A stretch of 32,000 bases of DNA from Pseudoalteromonas translucida KMM 520 (lineage in GTDB: Bacteria > Pseudomonadota > Gammaproteobacteria > Enterobacterales > Alteromonadaceae): positions 900,001 to 932,000 of the forward strand of contig NZ_CP011034.1 in NCBI RefSeq assembly GCF_001465295.1, in the 5' to 3' direction. The position numbers and the translations under genes were made by a program. Position 1 is the first letter of the stretch; every line of letters begins with the position of its first letter. The notes beneath the pieces are model-generated. The model had not been told where the DNA came from and made no database searches. It worked only from the letters and a program-made list of their open reading frames with translations. This document shows positions 1 to 9,117 of this stretch, one piece after another.

Positions 1-1
1 T

Positions 2-517
2 GTGTTTTTATTCCAAGGATTATTCGCTAACCCAAGGGAGATACAAACAGGGCGATTAGGGCAATCTATGCCAGAATTTAACCTGCCAGATCTAATGCAA
101 GATAATAAGCAGTGGAGCAATGAGCAGTTAAAAGGTGACGTTTATTTATTGAATGTATGGGGTACCTGGTGCCCTACATGTTTAGCAGAGCTAGGCTATT
201 TAACTAAATTGCGCGAGCAAGGTGTTAAAATTATTGGCTTGTACTATGTGCAAGGTTACGATGCCGATTTTGACGGGCCATTTGATATGCAAGCACTGCG
301 TAGCGACGTAACCAATATGCTAACGCGTGCTGGCGACCCATATCAGTTTAATATTTTAGATTTACATCGCACACTGTCGCTAGATTTAGGTGTGTCGGGT
401 GCGCCAGAGACTTTTTTAGTTGATAAAAGCGGCACCATTTTGTTGCACCATACAGGTGATATAAATCCGCGAGTATGGCGTGCTAAGTTTGCACCAATTA
501 TGCAGGAGCTCAAATAA
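2..517 (+). CDS. ccmG: Thiol:disulfide interchange protein CcmG/DsbE (cytochrome c maturation), 5'-truncated by the window edge
   Basis: Thioredoxin-type WGTWCPTC motif plus GAPETFLVD and GDINPRVW blocks typical of DsbE/CcmG. The N-terminal membrane anchor is missing, so the gene enters from upstream. The stop overlaps the ccmH start (TAATG at 515-519). Confidence 0.9.
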   Translation: MFLFQGLFANPREIQTGRLGQSMPEFNLPDLMQDNKQWSNEQLKGDVYLLNVWGTWCPTCLAELGYLTKLREQGVKIIGLYYVQGYDADFDGPFDMQALRSDVTNMLTRAGDPYQFNILDLHRTLSLDLGVSGAPETFLVDKSGTILLHHTGDINPRVWRAKFAPIMQELK

Positions 518-978
518 TGAAGTGGTTGTTATTAACCCTTAGCCTTTTTGTCAGTATGGGGGCGCTTGCTCAGCAAGACCGTTACCAATTTGACAGTAAC
601 GAGCAAGCAGTTCGCTTTGAAGAGCTAACCAAAGAGTTACGTTGCCCTAAATGTCAAAATCAAAATATTGCCGACTCTGATGCCGTAGTAGCAAAAGATT
701 TACGCGAGCGAGTATTGGCTTTAGTAAAAGAAGGTAAAACGAAAGACGAAGTAATAGATTATATGATCGATCGTTATGGCTACTTTGTACATTACGATCC
801 ACCAGTAACACCTGCAACTTTAGTGCTGTGGGTTTTACCGGTATTGATTGTAATTTTTGGTTTTGGTTTTATTGTTATTCGCCAACGCAAAGCATCGGTA
901 AAGCAAAGCTGGAGCAACAACGACGAAGCAATGTTAGTTAAATTAATTGCTAAAAATAAACGTCAGGAGCAAAGTTAA
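517..978 (+). CDS. ccmH: Cytochrome c-type biogenesis protein CcmH (heme lyase subunit)
   Basis: Signal peptide, LRCPKCQNQ CXXC motif and a C-terminal transmembrane segment. Translationally coupled to ccmG, and its stop abuts the ccmI start. Confidence 0.9.
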   Translation: MKWLLLTLSLFVSMGALAQQDRYQFDSNEQAVRFEELTKELRCPKCQNQNIADSDAVVAKDLRERVLALVKEGKTKDEVIDYMIDRYGYFVHYDPPVTPATLVLWVLPVLIVIFGFGFIVIRQRKASVKQSWSNNDEAMLVKLIAKNKRQEQS

Positions 979-2235
979 ATGATTTTAATGTGGGCGTCTT
1001 TTGCTTTACTCACACTTATTGCACTGTTGTTTGTGATGTTGCCTTTTTTAAAAAAAGAGCGTGTTAAAACCATTACGCATAATGCCAATGCAGAACTTAT
1101 TAGTATTTATGAACAGCGTTTAGTTGAGCTACAAAACGACTTAGAAAACCAGCGAATTGATGCACAAAATCACAGTGAGTCAGTGATCGAGCTCAAACGT
1201 CGCTTACTCAATGAGCTCTCTCCAGAAAAATCACTTAATAGCCGTGGTAATAATCGTATTTTTGCCTTAACAGGCGGTGCGTTTGTTATTGCGCTAACCG
1301 GTATTTTTTACTCTATGACAGGTAATCAGCAGCAAATATCGGCTTGGCACGATGCTATGGATAACTTGGCAGAATACGGTGAGCGAGCTGTTATGCAAAA
1401 AGGCGAGCCGCTAAGTGAAAACGAGCTGCAAGCATTTGCATTGGCACTGCGCACTAAGCTTAGCCAAACGGGTGATGACGAAATTGCCTGGATGTTACTG
1501 GGCCGTGTTGCTATGTCACTGAACGAATTTGATATGGCGCAGCAGTCGTTTGATAAAGCGCTGCAAATGAATCCGGCTAATATGCAGGTGCTTATTAGTT
1601 ACAGCCAAGTGCTGTTGCTTGAGGGCAGTGAGGCAAGCATGACACGTGCTGCAGGTATGCTTTCAAAAGTACTGCAAAAAGAGCCGCAAAATTTAGACGC
1701 TATTTCTTTATTAGCACTTATTGCTTACGAACGTAAAGATTGGGTACAAGCAAAAGCAGCGTTTGAAGTATTACTTGCCAGTATGGATAAAGCAGATACC
1801 CGCTATAATATGATAGCGCAGCGTATTAGTGAGATTGAGCAACAGCAAGCAACCCAGCAACAAGCACAAAATGTTGACGTTACAAATAGTGCGGCAATTA
1901 AAGTGACAGTAAATGTAAGTGCAGAGCTTAAAAATAAACAACCTGAAAACGGAATTTTATTTGTTTTTGCAAAAGCGTTAAATGGCTCTCCTATGCCAAT
2001 TGCGGTTGTTAAGCTTAATGAGTATCAATTTCCTATTACAGTTGAACTAAGTGATGCTAACTCTATGGTTGCAGGGTTAAACTTGTCAAGCGCAGAAGAT
2101 ATAGTTATTACTGCACGTATCTCTAATGATGACTCAGTAATGCCAAGTAGCGGTGAGTTAGAAGGGCATTCAGCAACGTTAAAACGTGAAAGTACCCGTC
2201 AGTTGCAACTACAAATAGACACATTAATACCTTAA
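979..2235 (+). CDS. ccmI: c-type cytochrome biogenesis protein CcmI (TPR-containing)
   Basis: Its ATG follows the ccmH stop codon directly. It has N-terminal TM helices, a TPR-like central region and a Q-rich linker. The position after ccmH matches the split CcmH/CcmI arrangement. Confidence 0.8.
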   Translation: MILMWASFALLTLIALLFVMLPFLKKERVKTITHNANAELISIYEQRLVELQNDLENQRIDAQNHSESVIELKRRLLNELSPEKSLNSRGNNRIFALTGGAFVIALTGIFYSMTGNQQQISAWHDAMDNLAEYGERAVMQKGEPLSENELQAFALALRTKLSQTGDDEIAWMLLGRVAMSLNEFDMAQQSFDKALQMNPANMQVLISYSQVLLLEGSEASMTRAAGMLSKVLQKEPQNLDAISLLALIAYERKDWVQAKAAFEVLLASMDKADTRYNMIAQRISEIEQQQATQQQAQNVDVTNSAAIKVTVNVSAELKNKQPENGILFVFAKALNGSPMPIAVVKLNEYQFPITVELSDANSMVAGLNLSSAEDIVITARISNDDSVMPSSGELEGHSATLKRESTRQLQLQIDTLIP

Positions 2236-2244
2236 GGATACGCG

Positions 2245-2976
2245 ATGTTAAAACATGGTTTAATTTATATATTTTTGTTAGTGCTGGCCGGGTGTGCACA
2301 AGTACCTGATAGCCAAAAGGACGAACGCGATCCACTACAAAATATTAACCGCCCAATATACGATTTTAATATGGATGTTTTAGACACATACATATTAAGA
2401 CCTGCCGCCGTAGGGTATATCACGGTGACTCCTGTACCAGTGCGTCAAAGCTTAGTGCATTTTACTAATAATATTAGTGCACCGGTAGATATGATCAACG
2501 CCGGCTTACAGGGTAAACCAGGTAATGCCAGTGTTAGCTTAGCGCGCTTTTTAGTTAACTCGACCGTAGGTGTTTTTGGGTTATTTGATGTGGCCAGCTC
2601 ATTAGGGCTTGAGCATGTAGATGAGGATTTTGGGCAAACATTAGGTGTATGGGGAGCAGGTGATGGTGCTTACTTGATGCTACCTGCTATGGGGCCTTCT
2701 ACAGCGCGTAACTTAACCGGCGATGTGGTTGATAACTTTGTTTTACCTGAAATAGCGTTAACTACACCACAAACAATTATAGTGTTTGCTTTAAAGGCTG
2801 TTGAGGCCCGTGCATCACTAATTGCGCAAGAAGGTTTATTGAACGATTCACTAGACCCTTACTTATTTATTAAAGATATTTATTTTCAACGCCAATTATA
2901 CGAACTTTACGACGGTAACCCGCCAATCAAAGAAGAGCCAGATGACTTTGATGAAGACTTTTTAGAAAGTTTGTAA
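2245..2976 (+). CDS. mlaA: Outer-membrane lipoprotein MlaA/VacJ (phospholipid asymmetry maintenance)
   Basis: Lipobox LLVLAGC. The DPLQNINRPIYDFNMDVLDTYILRPAAVGY block resembles the MlaA N-terminal signature. Acidic C-terminal tail. Confidence 0.9.
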   Translation: MLKHGLIYIFLLVLAGCAQVPDSQKDERDPLQNINRPIYDFNMDVLDTYILRPAAVGYITVTPVPVRQSLVHFTNNISAPVDMINAGLQGKPGNASVSLARFLVNSTVGVFGLFDVASSLGLEHVDEDFGQTLGVWGAGDGAYLMLPAMGPSTARNLTGDVVDNFVLPEIALTTPQTIIVFALKAVEARASLIAQEGLLNDSLDPYLFIKDIYFQRQLYELYDGNPPIKEEPDDFDEDFLESL

Positions 2977-2983
2977 ACTTATT

Positions 2984-3014
2984 AAAAACGCCAGCAATGC
3001 TGGCGTTTTATTTT
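2984..3014. terminator. Bidirectional rho-independent terminator between convergent mlaA and the EAL-HDOD gene
   Basis: Stem CGCCAGC (2989-2995) / GCTGGCG (2999-3005), flanked by an A-run (2984-2988) and a T-run (3006-3009). Confidence 0.8.
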
Positions 3015-3039
3015 CTTATTAGTGATTAAAAAGTTGTTA

Positions 3040-4263
3040 TTAAGTATTGCTCATTAACTGCATTTGCTCATTTACCCAGCTTATTGCTTCGTGGTAAGCA
3101 TCGGGTACTTTATCATCTAAACCCAGTTGTTGGCTGATCTCGTTAGCTGCTTGCCAATTGCCTTGCTCATAAAATTTAACCAAGTTTAAGTAGCTTGCAA
3201 GCAAACCCTCATCATTAAGTAAAGCGGCTTTAATCTCATTAGATAATGGCAGTTTTTGCATCACGTTTTGCATACTTTCATCTAAAATAGCATCCATCAG
3301 CGACATCATGCCGGTTAAAAAAACCATTCCTGTGTCTTTAAACTTACCATGCGAAATAGCCAGTAACTCACTAAAACGCGCCCGAGTGAGCGATAACCTA
3401 ATTAGCTCCATAGGTTTATCTGTTGAAACTTGCGCTGCAAATAGTAAAGATAAAAGCTTTTTAATTTCATTGGCACCAAGGGTAATAAGCGCTTGTTTAA
3501 TTGTGCTTATTTCTGTACGTCTAGCAAATGCTGCAGAGTTTGAATAACGCAGTAACTTATAAGATAAGTTTACATCTCGCTCAAATATATCGGTGATCTT
3601 TTTTAGATCCATATCAAGCGTTGAGGTCTCATAAAGTAGTTCGGCTAATGTCATACCAGAGGGGGGAAGCGCTTTACTTTGGATCATCTCAGGTTTTGAA
3701 AAGAAAAATCCTTGAAAATAATCAAAGCCAAGTTCTAATGCTTGGTTGTACACCTCATGGGTTTCAACTTTTTCAGCAAGTAATTTTAGGTGTGGATAAG
3801 GTTTTAAATCATCAATAATTGTTTTAATTGTTTCTATATTACAGGTTAAAAAATCAATTTTTATAATATCGATAAATGGATAAAAGTGACGCCATACAGG
3901 TTGATGAATATAGTCGTCTAAGGCTAATGTATAACCTTTTTCTTTTAAGTCTTTAACAATAGCTAGTAAACGCTTACCAGGTTGAACTGTTTCGAGTATT
4001 TCTACCACCACAGCGTCTTTACTCAGTAAGCTAGGGTAGCCTTTTAGTAAAGTTTCTAGGGTAAAGTTGATATACGCTGGTTTATTATCGGTTAAATCCT
4101 CAAGGCCAAAATTAAACTGGCTACCTTCTATTAGGCGTGTTGTTGCCTCATCTCCATCTATATCAGGAAACACGTTATTTACACCATCACGAAATAGTAA
4201 TTCATAGCCAATAAGCTTTTTATCGCGATCTAAGATAGGTTGGCGTGCAGCATAAAAATACAT
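3040..4263 (-). CDS. EAL-domain (c-di-GMP phosphodiesterase-type) protein with C-terminal HDOD domain
   Basis: EAL-family blocks seen: QPILD...GYELLFR, INFT, EILE, LALDDY, KIDF, AEKVET and FQGFFFSKP. The C-terminal half looks like an HDOD-type helical signalling domain. Confidence 0.8.
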   Translation of the reverse strand: MYFYAARQPILDRDKKLIGYELLFRDGVNNVFPDIDGDEATTRLIEGSQFNFGLEDLTDNKPAYINFTLETLLKGYPSLLSKDAVVVEILETVQPGKRLLAIVKDLKEKGYTLALDDYIHQPVWRHFYPFIDIIKIDFLTCNIETIKTIIDDLKPYPHLKLLAEKVETHEVYNQALELGFDYFQGFFFSKPEMIQSKALPPSGMTLAELLYETSTLDMDLKKITDIFERDVNLSYKLLRYSNSAAFARRTEISTIKQALITLGANEIKKLLSLLFAAQVSTDKPMELIRLSLTRARFSELLAISHGKFKDTGMVFLTGMMSLMDAILDESMQNVMQKLPLSNEIKAALLNDEGLLASYLNLVKFYEQGNWQAANEISQQLGLDDKVPDAYHEAISWVNEQMQLMSNT

Positions 4264-4571
4264 AAAAAATTCCGTATAGATAAAAATAACTATTCATTGT
4301 AACAATATATGGCAAAACATTAAAAATAGCATGATGTAAATAAGCTTATCTTAGATTAATAACATACTTTTAATAAGTTACAGAGGTTTTGACTTAAATA
4401 TATACGCTTTGTTTGTTTTTAATTCACTAAAGTTGACATGTTGGAATTTTAACTATTACCCATGCTATAGTGACAGAGAATGGTTTTTATCCCAATACTG
4501 TCTTAACTATAATATTTTAAGAGTCATTATTTGGATCAAAAGCCTGTTGCAATTTATTAGTGGAGGCGAAT

Positions 4572-6095
4572 TTGGAAACAGGAATGATTATTTCACTAGC
4601 ATTATACTTTGTTGTAATGTTAGGTATAGGGTTGTATGCATTTAAGCAATCAACCAGCGATGTTTCAGGTTATATGTTAGGGGGGCGTAATTTATCACCA
4701 AGTGTTGCAGCGCTATCCGCAGGTGCATCTGACATGAGCGGCTGGTTGCTTATGGGCCTTCCCGGCGCTATGTATCTTTTTGGTTTGAGTAAGGTTTGGA
4801 TTGCGATTGGTTTAGTACTTGGCGCTTGGGCAAATTACTTCTTAGTTGCACCTAGGCTACGTGTTTACACTGAAAAAGCGAATGATTCAATTACGATCCC
4901 GGATTATTTTGCTAATCGCTTTGCGGACAATAAAAATATTTTACGTGTGATTTCAGCCATTGTTATTATTGTTTTCTTTACACTTTATACCTCATCTGGC
5001 GTAGTTGCTGGTGGTAAGTTATTTGAAAATTCATTTGGAATGAGCTACGAAACTGGCCTTTATGTCACTACTGGCGTTGTAGTGCTTTATACGCTTTTTG
5101 GTGGTTTTTTAGCGGTAAGTTTAACCGACTTTGTACAAGGTTGCATTATGCTTATTGCATTACTAATAGTGCCAATAGTAACGTTTACTATGCTTGATCA
5201 CCCAGTAATGGAAACGCTTGCTAATGCTAGTTATGACCTGTTACTTGTCTCGCCAAAGGCCAGTGAAGTTCACTCCTTAAATATGCTAGATTGGTTTGCT
5301 GGTGGCTCTACCATCGCAATTATTTCTGCGTTAGCTTGGGGCTTAGGTTACTTTGGTCAGCCTCATATTATAGTACGCTTTATGTCGGTACGTTCAGTTA
5401 AAGATATTCCAGCAATGCGACGTATTGGTATGTCTTGGATGACATTATCAGCAATAGGCGCAGTACTAACTGGTTTATTTGGGGCAGCCTTCATACTAGA
5501 AAATGAAATGCCGATAAATGATAAAGAAACAATATTTTTAGTGTTATCAGAATTGGTTTTTCATCCATTGATTGCTGGCTTTTTATTAGCAGCTATTTTA
5601 GCGGCTGTAATGAGTACTATCTCTTCACAATTGCTAGTGTGTTCAAGCTCGTTAACTGAAGATTTTTATAAAATATACCTGCACCGCGAAGCCTCTCAAA
5701 AAGAGCTAGTTTTTGTTGGGCGTATTAGTGTGGCGTTAGTTGCTATGTTTGCTATTTACTTAGCTTACGATAGAGATAGTTCTATTTTAGACTTAGTAAG
5801 TAATGCGTGGGCAGGCTTTGGTGCTGCATTTGGGCCACTCGTATTGCTTAGCCTTTACTGGAGAAGAATGAACTTTGCTGGTGCCTTAGCTGGCATGTTA
5901 GTGGGTGCTTCAACGGTACTGATATGGATATACGCACCAATCACAATTAATGGTGAGAGTTTAAGTAGCGTTATTTATGAAATAGTCCCAGGCTTTATTT
6001 TATCAAGTATTGCGATTGTATTAGTTAGCTTAATGACCAGTGAGCCAGCTAAAGAAATTACAACGTTATTTGATGAAGTAGAACAAGAACTATAA
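4572..6095 (+). CDS. putP: Sodium/proline symporter PutP (SSS family)
   Basis: LGGRNLSPSVAALSAGASDMSGWLLMGLPGAMY closely matches the E. coli PutP N-terminal region, and there are about 12-13 TM helices. The start is uncertain: GTG 4560, TTG 4572 (GGAGG at 4562-4566, 5-nt spacer) and ATG 4584 are all in frame. Confidence 0.9.
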   Translation: METGMIISLALYFVVMLGIGLYAFKQSTSDVSGYMLGGRNLSPSVAALSAGASDMSGWLLMGLPGAMYLFGLSKVWIAIGLVLGAWANYFLVAPRLRVYTEKANDSITIPDYFANRFADNKNILRVISAIVIIVFFTLYTSSGVVAGGKLFENSFGMSYETGLYVTTGVVVLYTLFGGFLAVSLTDFVQGCIMLIALLIVPIVTFTMLDHPVMETLANASYDLLLVSPKASEVHSLNMLDWFAGGSTIAIISALAWGLGYFGQPHIIVRFMSVRSVKDIPAMRRIGMSWMTLSAIGAVLTGLFGAAFILENEMPINDKETIFLVLSELVFHPLIAGFLLAAILAAVMSTISSQLLVCSSSLTEDFYKIYLHREASQKELVFVGRISVALVAMFAIYLAYDRDSSILDLVSNAWAGFGAAFGPLVLLSLYWRRMNFAGALAGMLVGASTVLIWIYAPITINGESLSSVIYEIVPGFILSSIAIVLVSLMTSEPAKEITTLFDEVEQEL

Positions 6096-6107
6096 AAAGT
6101 TATAAGC

Positions 6108-6143
6108 AAAAAAAGGGAGTAACCTAGGTTACTCCCTTTTTTT
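6108..6143. terminator. Bidirectional rho-independent terminator between convergent putP and yebG
   Basis: Perfect 22-nt palindrome GGGAGTAACCTAGGTTACTCCC (6115-6136), flanked by A7 (6108-6114) and T7 (6137-6143). Confidence 0.9.
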
Positions 6144-6155
6144 ATGCAAAATTTA

Positions 6156-6473
6156 TTAACTCGCTTTTTTATCGCTACTTTCTTCTATGGGTGCAACATT
6201 ATCTGCTTTTTTGCCTTTTACAGCAGCTTTAGGGGCTATAGGCTCTTTACCCCCTTTTAATATTGTCATAAAGTCATCTTTACTTTTTGCTATTTCTAAA
6301 GCAAGTGACTCTACTTGTTGTTCACTCAATGGCACATCAACTTTTTCTAGCAAAATTTCAAGCGACTCTGCAATATCGAGCATTTTATCATAGGCATCAG
6401 CTTCTTTTTTGGTAGTAAACGTCATGCGCTCGACTCCGTTTCGTTCTACAACATATTTAACAACAACAGCCAT
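6156..6473 (-). CDS. yebG: DNA damage-inducible protein YebG
   Basis: The N-terminus MAVVVKYVVERNGVERMTFTTKKEADAYDKMLD closely resembles E. coli YebG. A canonical LexA box lies 50 nt upstream. Confidence 0.85.
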   Translation of the reverse strand: MAVVVKYVVERNGVERMTFTTKKEADAYDKMLDIAESLEILLEKVDVPLSEQQVESLALEIAKSKDDFMTILKGGKEPIAPKAAVKGKKADNVAPIEESSDKKAS

Positions 6474-6523
6474 GATTTCTCCTGCTTACTTGCGTGGCAT
6501 ATAGTATATATAAACCATTAGAT

Positions 6524-6543
6524 TACTGTTTTTATGTACAGTA
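6524..6543. promoter_or_regulatory. LexA (SOS) box upstream of yebG
   Basis: TACTGTTTTTATGTACAGTA fits the gammaproteobacterial TACTG-N10-CAGTA consensus (CTG 6526-6528, CAG 6539-6541, exactly 10 nt between). Confidence 0.85.
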
Positions 6544-6788
6544 CAAGTTTGTGCCTAAATTTGCAAGTCCCCTAATTAATATTAAGTGATAATAGTTGAC
6601 AACAAAGATTAACTTTACTTTATTTAACTTAATCACTTTTGTGTACCGTTGTAGTTAAGGATCTCACAGGGAGTGAATGTTAGGTTTAAGTATTTAATAA
6701 AGTGCAGGTGTAAAAAGCCTTTTGCGTTATGACTTAAACATATAAACAACAGACTAAATGTTCATGTATGAACAAAAAAGGAAGAAAG

Positions 6789-7088
6789 ATGAAAAAACTA
6801 AAATACAGTGTTTTAGCTGCAGCTTTTTGTATGTTGCCAGTAACCCTTACTTATGCAAATGTAGATACCTCAGCAATAACTCAGCAAGTAAAGCAGGCAG
6901 CTTTAAATATTAATACCGCTGATGTTAGTCAGCTATCTAAGCTTCCAGGTATTGGTAAGAAAAAAGCACAAGCAATTATAGATTATCGCGAAGCACAAGG
7001 TAACTTTACGTCGTTAGAGGATTTGAAAATGGTAAAAGGCATAGGTAAAAAATTAGTTGCCAAGCTTGAAGGCAAGGTTTCGTTTTAA
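6789..7088 (+). CDS. comEA: ComEA-family helix-hairpin-helix DNA-binding (DNA uptake) protein
   Basis: Signal peptide followed by two HhH motifs (LSKLPGIGKKKAQAII and LKMVKGIGKKLVAKL). ATG 6789 has an AGGAAG Shine-Dalgarno at 6778-6783; an in-frame ATG at 6768 is the alternative start. Confidence 0.85.
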   Translation: MKKLKYSVLAAAFCMLPVTLTYANVDTSAITQQVKQAALNINTADVSQLSKLPGIGKKKAQAIIDYREAQGNFTSLEDLKMVKGIGKKLVAKLEGKVSF

Positions 7089-7091
7089 GTT

Positions 7092-7113
7092 AAAAAGGGC
7101 GCGTTAAGCGCCC
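7092..7113 (-). terminator. Rho-independent terminator for the dsbB / small-ORF transcript (also lies downstream of comEA)
   Basis: Stem GGGCGC (7097-7102) / GCGCCC (7108-7113). On the minus strand it is followed by a T-run (complement of A 7092-7096). The U-tract on the plus strand is poor. Confidence 0.7.
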
Positions 7114-7406
7114 TTAGTATATTGGGTTAATGCTTCACTTAAATGTTTTTTAGCAAAGTTAATTTCAATTGGAGTCGTTAGTAGTGGATAACACAACCCA
7201 CCGAGTAGTAAAAAAGGGATGAGTAACCAGCCTTCAAATACGACAAATATTAAAAACAGCGGGCTGAGTAATAATAATTTTATAATACGAAGCAGTACTT
7301 TATTAACAGGTGAAAGCATACTTAAAGAAATAGCTATAACAACTTGTCTGTCACGTATTTTTAAATGCTTTAGTACATTAATTTGGCTTGAAAAAAACAC
7401 AAACAT
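7104..7406 (-). CDS. Hypothetical small membrane protein (100 aa), translationally coupled to dsbB
   Basis: Its ATG overlaps the dsbB stop (TAATG on the minus strand, shared base 7406). Two to three hydrophobic helices. The ORF ends inside the terminator hairpin. No family recognised. Confidence 0.4.
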   Translation of the reverse strand: MFVFFSSQINVLKHLKIRDRQVVIAISLSMLSPVNKVLLRIIKLLLLSPLFLIFVVFEGWLLIPFLLLGGLCYPLLTTPIEINFAKKHLSEALTQYTKGA

Positions 7407-7924
7407 TACAGCGCCCTTTTAGTTATTAAGCGACTTGTTACCAGTAAAAATAAAGTGGCTGCAAACAACGCAAATATTACTTCCATCCATGCTGGCATAC
7501 TTAATCCCGCAAATTGCCAGTCAATGTTTCCACAATCACCAGTGGCTGCAAAAAAACTTGGGATCCACTCATGTAGTGGCATAAAAGCAGGAAAGTTAGG
7601 TTCAAACTCACAACTAAATGCAAAAGGATCCGTGGTTGTTTGCATTTCGATATGCTCGCGGGCAATTATAAATCCCCAAACACTAGAAACAGCCCATACA
7701 CTATAGGCGAGCAAGCGAACCCCTTTATGCCCAGGATTACTTGTACCAATAATACCTGCAATAAGTAAACCTAATACGGCAGTACGCTGATATATGCACA
7801 TGATACATGGCGCCAATCCCATTTGATATTGAAAAAACAGTGCTGTTATTTCAAGCAGAAAAACAATACCACTAAACAAAAGCCAAGGAGTACGTTGGGT
7901 GGGTAATTGTGCAAGCCAGTTCAT
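7406..7924 (-). CDS. dsbB: Disulfide bond formation protein B
   Basis: Four TM helices, a CIMCIYQR (CXXC) motif in the first periplasmic loop and a second Cys pair in the large loop (CEFEPN...GDCG). Confidence 0.9.
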   Translation of the reverse strand: MNWLAQLPTQRTPWLLFSGIVFLLEITALFFQYQMGLAPCIMCIYQRTAVLGLLIAGIIGTSNPGHKGVRLLAYSVWAVSSVWGFIIAREHIEMQTTTDPFAFSCEFEPNFPAFMPLHEWIPSFFAATGDCGNIDWQFAGLSMPAWMEVIFALFAATLFLLVTSRLITKRAL

Positions 7925-8367
7925 AATAAATCCACATTTAAATAAGACGTTAGATTATGACGTAGGATAAAGTTAGGGGCAAGCAAAACGACTTAAAGCC
8001 ACCTCACATGCATTTATGATGATTAAAGTTAAGGTTATAATTATCAAAGCCAATAAAAACCAAATAATGTGAAGAAAGGGGGAGTCCTCTAAGCGAGAAA
8101 AGAATTTGGATTAGATAAAGTTGCGTAACAAGTTAGCCAGGAAAGGCGCAAATTTAAAGTAAGTGGCTACTTAAAATGTATCTAGGATGAATATATAAGT
8201 ACTTGCGACAAGTGTTAGTAAAAAATAGAAAGCATTTTATAGACAAAAATATTTTAATCGCATACTGGCAGTAATATGGCGTACTTTACTTGTTACTTGA
8301 GCGTCGTCTGGTACAATCAGTCGGTTAATCGTATGTAGTAGTGTGAATTAATTCGAGTGGGAATTGG

Positions 8368-9081
8368 ATGAGAATTTTTAAAGCGAAAAGCCCAGCAGGA
8401 TTTGCTGAAGAATACATAGTAGAGTCTATCTGGAATGGCGATTTCCCTCCTGGATCTATTCTACCTGCTGAGCGTGAACTCTCAGAGTTAATAGGTGTTA
8501 CCCGAACGACGTTACGTGAAGTATTACAGCGATTGGCTCGAGATGGCTGGTTAACTATTAAACATGGTAAGCCAACAAAAGTGAATAACTTTTGGGAAAC
8601 GTCAGGATTAAATATTCTTGAAACGTTAGCACGTCTTGATGAAGATAAAATGCCAGAGCTAACCGATCAGTTACTCTCTGCACGCACTAATATAAGCGCA
8701 ATTTATACGCGTGCCGCTATAAAGTTAAACCCAGAACGTGTGATTGAAATTCTCTCACAAAGCGATGAGTTAGAAGACAGTGCGCAAGCATTTGCTGATT
8801 ACGATTATAAAGTGCATCACGAGTTAGCTGTTGCAGGTAATAATCGTATTTACGTGCTTATACTTAATGGCTTTAAAGGATTTTATTCAAAAATAGGTTG
8901 TCATTATTTTTCAGATCCGGGAACGCGTGAGTTGGCTCGCCAGTTTTATAAAGATTTAACTAAATTGGCCGAAAACAGAGAACACGACGGTGCGATTATG
9001 ATGATGCGTAAATATGGTCATCAAACCGGTGAAATTTGGCAACAAATTCGTGGCGATATGCCCAGCGACATAATGGATTAA
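8368..9081 (+). CDS. fadR: Fatty acid metabolism regulator FadR (GntR family)
   Basis: [51 protein letters not shown] is close to the E. coli FadR winged-helix N-terminus. At 237 aa it is the short (E. coli-type) form. Confidence 0.9.
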   Translation: MRIFKAKSPAGFAEEYIVESIWNGDFPPGSILPAERELSELIGVTRTTLREVLQRLARDGWLTIKHGKPTKVNNFWETSGLNILETLARLDEDKMPELTDQLLSARTNISAIYTRAAIKLNPERVIEILSQSDELEDSAQAFADYDYKVHHELAVAGNNRIYVLILNGFKGFYSKIGCHYFSDPGTRELARQFYKDLTKLAENREHDGAIMMMRKYGHQTGEIWQQIRGDMPSDIMD

Positions 9082-9093
9082 ACCTATTTTAAA

Positions 9094-9117
9094 AGCCTGC
9101 ATTTGCAGGTTTTTTTG
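9094..9117 (+). terminator. Rho-independent terminator after fadR
   Basis: Stem CCTGC (9096-9100) / GCAGG (9105-9109), followed by T7 (9110-9116). Confidence 0.75.

Noticed and set aside
3308-3818. Plus-strand ORFs 3308..3547 and 3621..3818 inside the EAL-HDOD gene. Similar shadow ORFs sit inside the TonB receptor gene (11758..11976, 12180..12431, 12501..12731), ilvC (20769..20975), the kinase gene (24881..25357) and the antiporter gene (26480..26740, 27167..27562).
   Set aside because: All are antisense or alternative-frame shadows of well-supported genes, with no independent signals.
4409-4645. A 78-aa ORF spanning the putP leader and the start of putP.
   Set aside because: It overlaps the putP start in another frame, is AT-rich with Cys/Asn/Tyr-biased content, and has no Shine-Dalgarno. 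It is most likely a chance ORF in promoter DNA.
6584-6647. A 7-bp inverted repeat, AAGTGAT ... ATCACTT, about 50 nt apart in the yebG-comEA spacer. I also looked for a possible CRP-S/competence site.
   Set aside because: The repeat is short and AT-rich, so it is expected by chance. I could find no TGCGA-N6-TCGCA or TGTGA-N6-TCACA motif to support competence regulation.
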